Below are positions 54,397-64,000 of a DNA stretch of 64,000 nucleotides, piece by piece. A program made the position numbers and the translations under genes. Origin of the DNA: the human T2T-CHM13v2.0 reference genome, Homo sapiens. The notes beneath the pieces are model-generated. The model was not told the origin of the DNA, made no database searches, and saw only the letters and a list, made by a program, of their open reading frames with translations. Position 1 is the stretch's first letter. Each line of letters opens with the position of its first letter. The stretch lies in the NCBI RefSeq assembly GCF_009914755.1, contig NC_060935.1. One strand, given 5' to 3'.

Positions 54397-55794
54397 AATT
54401 TTTTTCCCATAGAGTTGTTTGAGCTCCTTGTACATTCTGGTTATTAATCCCTTGTCAGAAGGGTAGTTTGGAAATATTTCCTCCCATTCTGTGGGTTATT
54501 TACTTTGTTGACTTTTTGAAGCTTTTAAACTTGATGTGACCCTATTTGTCCACTTTTGTTTTGGTTGCCTGTACTTGTGGGATATTACTCAAAAAATCTT
54601 TGCCCATCCAGTGTCCTGGAGAGTTTCCCCAATGCTTTATTTGGTTATTTCATAGTTTGAGATCTTAGATTTCAGCCTTGAATCTATTTTCATTTTTTTT
54701 TATGGTAAGGGATAGGAATCTAGTCTTATTCTTCTGCGTATTAATTTTCAGTTTTCCCAGAACCATTTATTGAAGAGACTGTTCTTTCCTCATTGTAGGT
54801 TTTTGACACTTTTCTCAAAAATGAGTTCACTGTAGTTGTATGGATTCATTTCTGGGTTATTTATTGTATTCCATTGGTCTATATGTCTGTTTTTATGCCA
54901 GTGCTATGCTGTTTTGGTTACTGTAACTCCATAGCGTAATTTAAAGTCAGGTAATTCCTCATTCTTTTTGCTCAGGATAGCTTTGGCTGTTCTGAGTATT
55001 TTGTGATTTCATACAAATTTTAGAAATATTTTTCCTATTTCTGTGAAAAATGTCATTGGTATTTTGATGGGGATTGTATTGAATCTGTAGACCACTTTGG
55101 GTAGTATGCACACTTTTAACAGCATTGATGCTTTCAATCCATGAACATGAAATATCTTTCCCTTTCTTTCTGTCCTCTTCAATTTCTTTCATCAATGTTC
55201 CATAGTGTTTATTATATAGAGATCTCTCACTTTTATGGTTAAGTTTATTCATAGATATTTTATTTGTAGCTACTATAAATGGAATTTCTTGATTTCTTTT
55301 TCAGATTGTTCACTGTTGGCATATGGATATGCGGCAGATTTTGGTATGTTGGTTTTGTATCTTATAGTTTTACTGAATTTATTAGTTCTAATAATTTTTT
55401 GGTGGAATCTTCAGTTTTTTCCAAATATAAGATCATATCATCTGCAAACAAGGCTAATTTAACTTCTTCCATTCCATTTTGGGTACCATTTATTTTTTTT
55501 CTCGTCTGATTGCTGTAGATAGGACTTCCAGTACCATGTTGAATAATAGCGGTGGAAGTGGACATACAGCCTTGTCTTGTTCCAGATCTTAGAGGAAAGG
55601 CGTTTCATTTTTCCCCATTCAATAAGATACTAGCTATGTATCTGTCATATATGACTTTTGCTGTAGCGTAGGTCTGGTGTTGATGAAATCCTTCAGCTTT
55701 TGCTTTTCTGGGAAAGTATTTATTTCACCTTCATGTTTGAAGGATATTTTTGCTGGATATACTATTCTAGGGTAAAAGTTTTTTCCTTCAGCAC

Positions 55795-56096
55795 TTTTTG
55801 TTTTGTTTTGTTTTCTGAGATGGAGACTTACTCTGTCGCCCAGACTGGAGTGCAGTGATGTGAACTCGGCTCACTGCAACCTCCACCTGCCGGATTGAGC
55901 AATCCTCCTGCCTCAGCCTCCTGAGTAGCTGGGATTACAGGTGTGCACCACCATGCCCAGCTAATTTTTGTATTTTTTTGGTGGAGAGGAGGTTTCACCA
56001 TATTGCCCAGGCTGGTCTCGAACTCGTGACCTCATGATCCACCCGCCTCAGCCTCCCAAAGTGCTGGATTACAGGCATGAGCTACCGCACCCAGCC
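55795..56096 (-). mobile_element. AluSg-like
   Basis: Full antisense Alu; TSD core CCTTCAGCA on both sides. Confidence 0.9.
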
Positions 56097-58869
56097 CCTT
56101 CAGCATGTTTAATATGTAATGCCATTCTCTCCTGATCTGTAAAGATTTCCACTGGAAAGTGTGGTGCCAGACCTATTGGAGCTCCTTTTGATGTTTTAGG
56201 ATCCCTTCTTTATCCTTGACCTTTGGGAGTTTGAGTATTAAGTGTCTTGAGGTAGTCTTATTTTGGTTAAATCTGCTTGGTGTTCTTTCTGTACTCATTA
56301 TATCTTTCTCTAGGTTTGGGAAGTTCTCTGTTTTTACCCCTTTGAATTAACTTTCTACCACAACTTTTCTTTCTAGCTCCCCTTTAGGGCCAATAACTCT
56401 TAGAATTGCCCTTTTGAGGCTATATTCTAGACCCTGTAGGCATGCCTCGTTCTTCTTTTTTCTTTTGTCTCCTCTGACTGTGTATTTTCAGATAGCCTAT
56501 CTTCAAACTTGCTAGTTCTTTTTTCTGCTTGATCAATTGTGCCCTTGAGAGGCTCTGATGCATTCTTTAATATGTCAATTGAATTTCTCAGCTCTAGAAT
56601 TTCTCCTGGATTCTTTTTAATTATTTTAATCTCTTTGTTAAATTTATCTGACAGGATTCTGAATTCCTCTGTGTTATCTTGAATTTTGTTGGACTTTCTC
56701 AAAACAACTATTTTGAATTCTCTGTCTGAAAGGTCACAAATCTCTGTCACTCTAAGATTAGTTACTGGTACCTTAGTTTGTTTGATAAGGTCATATTTTC
56801 CTGTATGCTTGTGGATATTATTTGATGTCTTGGCATTGAATCCTTAGGTATTTATTGTAGTTTTCAGTCTGGGCTTGTTTGTACCCATCCTTCTTGGGAA
56901 GGATTTCCAAGTACTCAAAGGGAATTGAGTGTTGTGATTTAAATCTTTGGTCACTGAAGCCATATGTGCAGTAGGGGACACCCACGCCCAGCAGCACCGT
57001 GACTCTTGAAGGCTTGTAGAGTTACCACCTTGATTGATCTTGGGTGTGATCTGGGAGAATTCCCTGTATTATCCAAAAGAGTATTCTTGTTCTCTTCCCT
57101 AACTTTCTCCCAAACAAATAGAGTATCTCTGTGCTGAACTGCCTGGAGCAGCAGAAGAGGTGACACAAGCACCTCTGTAGCCCCCACAACTGTGACCGTG
57201 CTCAGTCAGACCTGAAGTACATCACTGGGTCGCATCCAAGGCCTGCAGTGAGCACTGCCTGATTACCACTGATGTTTACTGAAGGACCAAGGGCTTTTCA
57301 GTCAGCAGGTCATGAATCTAGCCAGGCTTGTGTCCTTCCTTTCAGGGTGGCAAGCTCCTCCTCGGTCCAGGGGAGGTCCAGAAATGCTGCATGCGAGCTA
57401 GGGCCTGGAGTGGGGAATCTTAGGAATCTACTTGGTGTGCTCTATTCTACTGAGACAGCTCGCACCCAAGCCATAAGACAAAGTCCTTTCCACTCTTCCC
57501 TCTCCTTTCCTTATGCAGAAGAAGTCTCTTCCCACAGCCACCACAGCTCCAGGCCCACAGTTAAGTACTACTTGGCTACTCAAGGCCCAAGGGCTCTTCA
57601 GTCAGCTTGTGGTGAATGCTGCCAGGCCTGTATCTCTCCCTTCATGGCAGTGGGTTTCCCTCTGGCCCAGATTGGGTCCAGAAATGCCATCCAGAAGCCA
57701 AGGCCTAGAACTGGGGAATCCAGGAGCCCACCTGGTGCTCTAACTCAAGGCGGCCAAGCTGGTGTCCACACTGCAAGACAAAGTCCCCTTTATTCTTTCC
57801 TCTCTTTTCCTCAAGCAGGAGTCTCTCCCCATGACCACTAAAGCTGGGAATGTGCTTGGTCACACCTGAAGCCAGCAAGGCCCTGTGTCTCCCCCAAGAC
57901 CCAGGGTGTGAGTACTGCCTCAGTACTGCTGATGTTCATTTAAGGCCCAAGGGCTCTTTAGTGAGTAGGTAATAGATCCTGCCAAGACTGGGTCCCTCCC
58001 TTCAAGGCAGTGGGTTTATTTAGGATTCCAGGGCACTTTATCTCATGGTGACTGAGAACTGGACCTAAAGGCTCTAGCTAGGGCTGGCCTAAATGCTCCC
58101 ACCATATGCACCACATGAGTTCTGCCCTGTGGTTCTTTCTGCTATGACAGCGCAGCACTGACTTCCAGTGCAAGTCCCACTGCACTCTCCCTCCCCTAAG
58201 CACACAGATACACAGTGGCCCTCCATACCATGTGGCCACTGCCAGGGCATGGGGGCGTGGTGATGTCAGCAATTAAAGACTCTCTTTTCCACTCTCTTCA
58301 GTGCCTCTTTTCTTAATACAATGTTAAAACCAGATAATGTGATCGCTCATCTGATTTTTGCTTCTTATGAAGATTTTTTTGTGTGTGTGGATAGCTGTCC
58401 AATTTCGTGTTCCTGTCCAATTTGCTCCAATCACTGCAGGCTTCTATTCAGGCTTCTATTCAGCCATCTTGCTCCTTTTTTTGTTGTTGTTGGTCACAGT
58501 CTTTTGTATTTGTCTATGTACAAAGTTCCAAATAATCTACAAAACAATTCCTAGAACTACAAATAAATTCAGCAAGGTGAAACTACCTCTGGACAAATTA
58601 TGACAGTGAGAAAAATCTGACATAGGAAAATTATGACCATGAAAGAAATCTGACTTAACTGACTCCATCTTGCCTTTAACCTCTAAGCTTCTCTTGTTCA
58701 TTCCTGGGGATAGGCTGAACTAACTTTAGGAGGAATTCAGTTTATACTTTAACTTTGAAAAAAGATAATAATAGCCCCTCCACAGACAAATCCCCTCCTT
58801 GCTTAGGGACCAGACTTCCTTCGTAAAACTAACAAGTTAGCCATAAGATTAGAAATTATGGCTCAGGAG

Positions 58870-62500
<3,631 letters not shown>

Positions 62501-62853
62501 AGAAATTACGGCTCAGGAGTCATGCAACTAGAGGCCAAAAGATTCCTAACCTCTCTAATTGCTCCTATGAATACCATTACAATTGTAAAACCCAAGATTG
62601 GTGTTTGAGGTATTTTTCAGAACCTGCATTCTGATGGATTATCTGATGCCACACAGACCAGTAAACTGGCTCATCTGATCTTGTGATCCCCACCCAAGAG
62701 CTGACTCTGCGCAGGAGGACAATTTCAACTTTCTGTGAGTTCATTCTTGATCCAACCAATCAGCATTCCCTGGCCCCATGCCCAGCAAACTCTCTTTAAA
62801 AAACTCTAGCCTCTGAACTTTCAGGGAAGATGATGTAAGCAATAATGAAACTT

Positions 62854-63182
<329 letters not shown>

Positions 63183-63289
63183 TTAGTCAGCTCTGTGCGT
63201 ATTAAACCCTTTCTCTATTGCAATTTCCTTGTCTTGATAAATAGGCTCTATCTGGGTAGTGGGTAAGATGAACTTGTTGGGCAGTTTCA

Positions 63290-64000
63290 AAGGTCAGAAA
63301 ATGCAGATAAATACACAAAAATTAGTTGCATTTCTATGTGGTAGCAATGAACAGATGGACAACAAAATTAAAAATGCAACCCTACTTAACAATCAAGAAG
63401 TAAAGAAGAAAGACATAAATACTTAGGTATAAAACTAACACAATATGTATAGAATTTGTATGTTGAAGAAAACAAAACACTAATGAAAGAAATTAAATAA
63501 AATCTAAGGATATGGAAAGACATACTGTGCTCATGGATTTAAAGGCTCAGAATAGTATAAATATGTCAATTCTTCCCAAAGTGATATATAGATTTGATAG
63601 CTGTCCTACCAAAATCCCAGCAAGGCTTTTTTTGTAGATATAGAAAATGTTCTTTTAACATTTAAATGGAGAGCCAAAGGAAATATAGTAACTAAAACAA
63701 TTTTTAAAAAGAAGAATAAAGTGGGAGGAGTCACTGTATCCTATTTCAAAACTTGCTGTACATACATTAATCAAGACTATGTAGTACTGGCAGAATAGAC
63801 ATGTGGATCAATGGAGCAGAATAAATAACCTAGAAATGGAAGAACCCAGAAGTAGACCCATATAAATATGCCCAACTAATTTCTGGCAAAGGCACAAAAG
63901 CGCTCCAATGGAGGAAAAATAACCTTTTCAGGAAATGGTGCTGAAGTAATTGAACATCCATAGGCAAAAAATAAAATAATAATAAATAAAAATAAAATAA
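63290..64000 (+). mobile_element. Old L1M ORF2 fragment (continues 58510-58577 across LTR8)
   Basis: AAATTAGTTGCATTTCTAT, CACTAATGAAAGAAATTAAA, CCAACTAATTTCTGGCAAAGGC. Confidence 0.75.

Larger units (their letters stand above)
53675..58475 (-). mobile_element. Old L1 (L1MA/L1M1-like) with preserved 5' UTR and ORF1, large internal deletion near 55660, and missing 3' UTR
   Basis: 5' end GGAGCAAGATGGCTGAATAG on minus strand (YY1 motif 58463-58471); repeated ~300-bp 5' UTR units at 57270-58020; ORF1 fragment LSDREFKIVVLRK; ORF2 LFADDMILY. Confidence 0.85.

Noticed and set aside
57272-57841. 189-aa plus-strand ORF
   Set aside because: Antisense to the GC-richer repeated 5' UTR of an old L1; internal repeats mirror the UTR units; no recognisable domain

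Overview
AT-rich, CpG-poor primate (ape-like) genomic DNA that looks like a gene desert or deep intron. I can support no host protein-coding exon, RNA gene or CpG island. The recognisable ORFs are broken L1 or HERV-L frames, Alu or microsatellite read-throughs; the rest appear to be chance ORFs. The window is dominated by nested mobile elements: L1s of many ages, AluJ/S (no AluY recognised), L2/MIR, MaLR LTRs, DNA MITEs including a piggyBac MER85, and a full-length HERV-L provirus with MLT2A1 LTRs (13994-21188, minus strand) inserted in an older MLT2 LTR. I found no novel coding system. The most unusual signals are atypical L1 insertion products readable directly from the sequence. These are a perfect 90-bp target-site duplication (TSD), a young L1 fused in register to an older L1 and carrying a 3' transduction, a second transduction on that host L1, a probable twin-primed inverted transduction retaining only about 40 bp of L1, and a TSD-less insertion joined by 11-bp microhomology. 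The HERV-L 5' LTR has also grown a ~620-bp minisatellite with 16 TGGAATGT (TEAD-type) motifs and has lost its poly(A) signal. Subfamily names are from recalled consensus sequences and need RepeatMasker/Dfam confirmation; boundaries of old elements are approximate.
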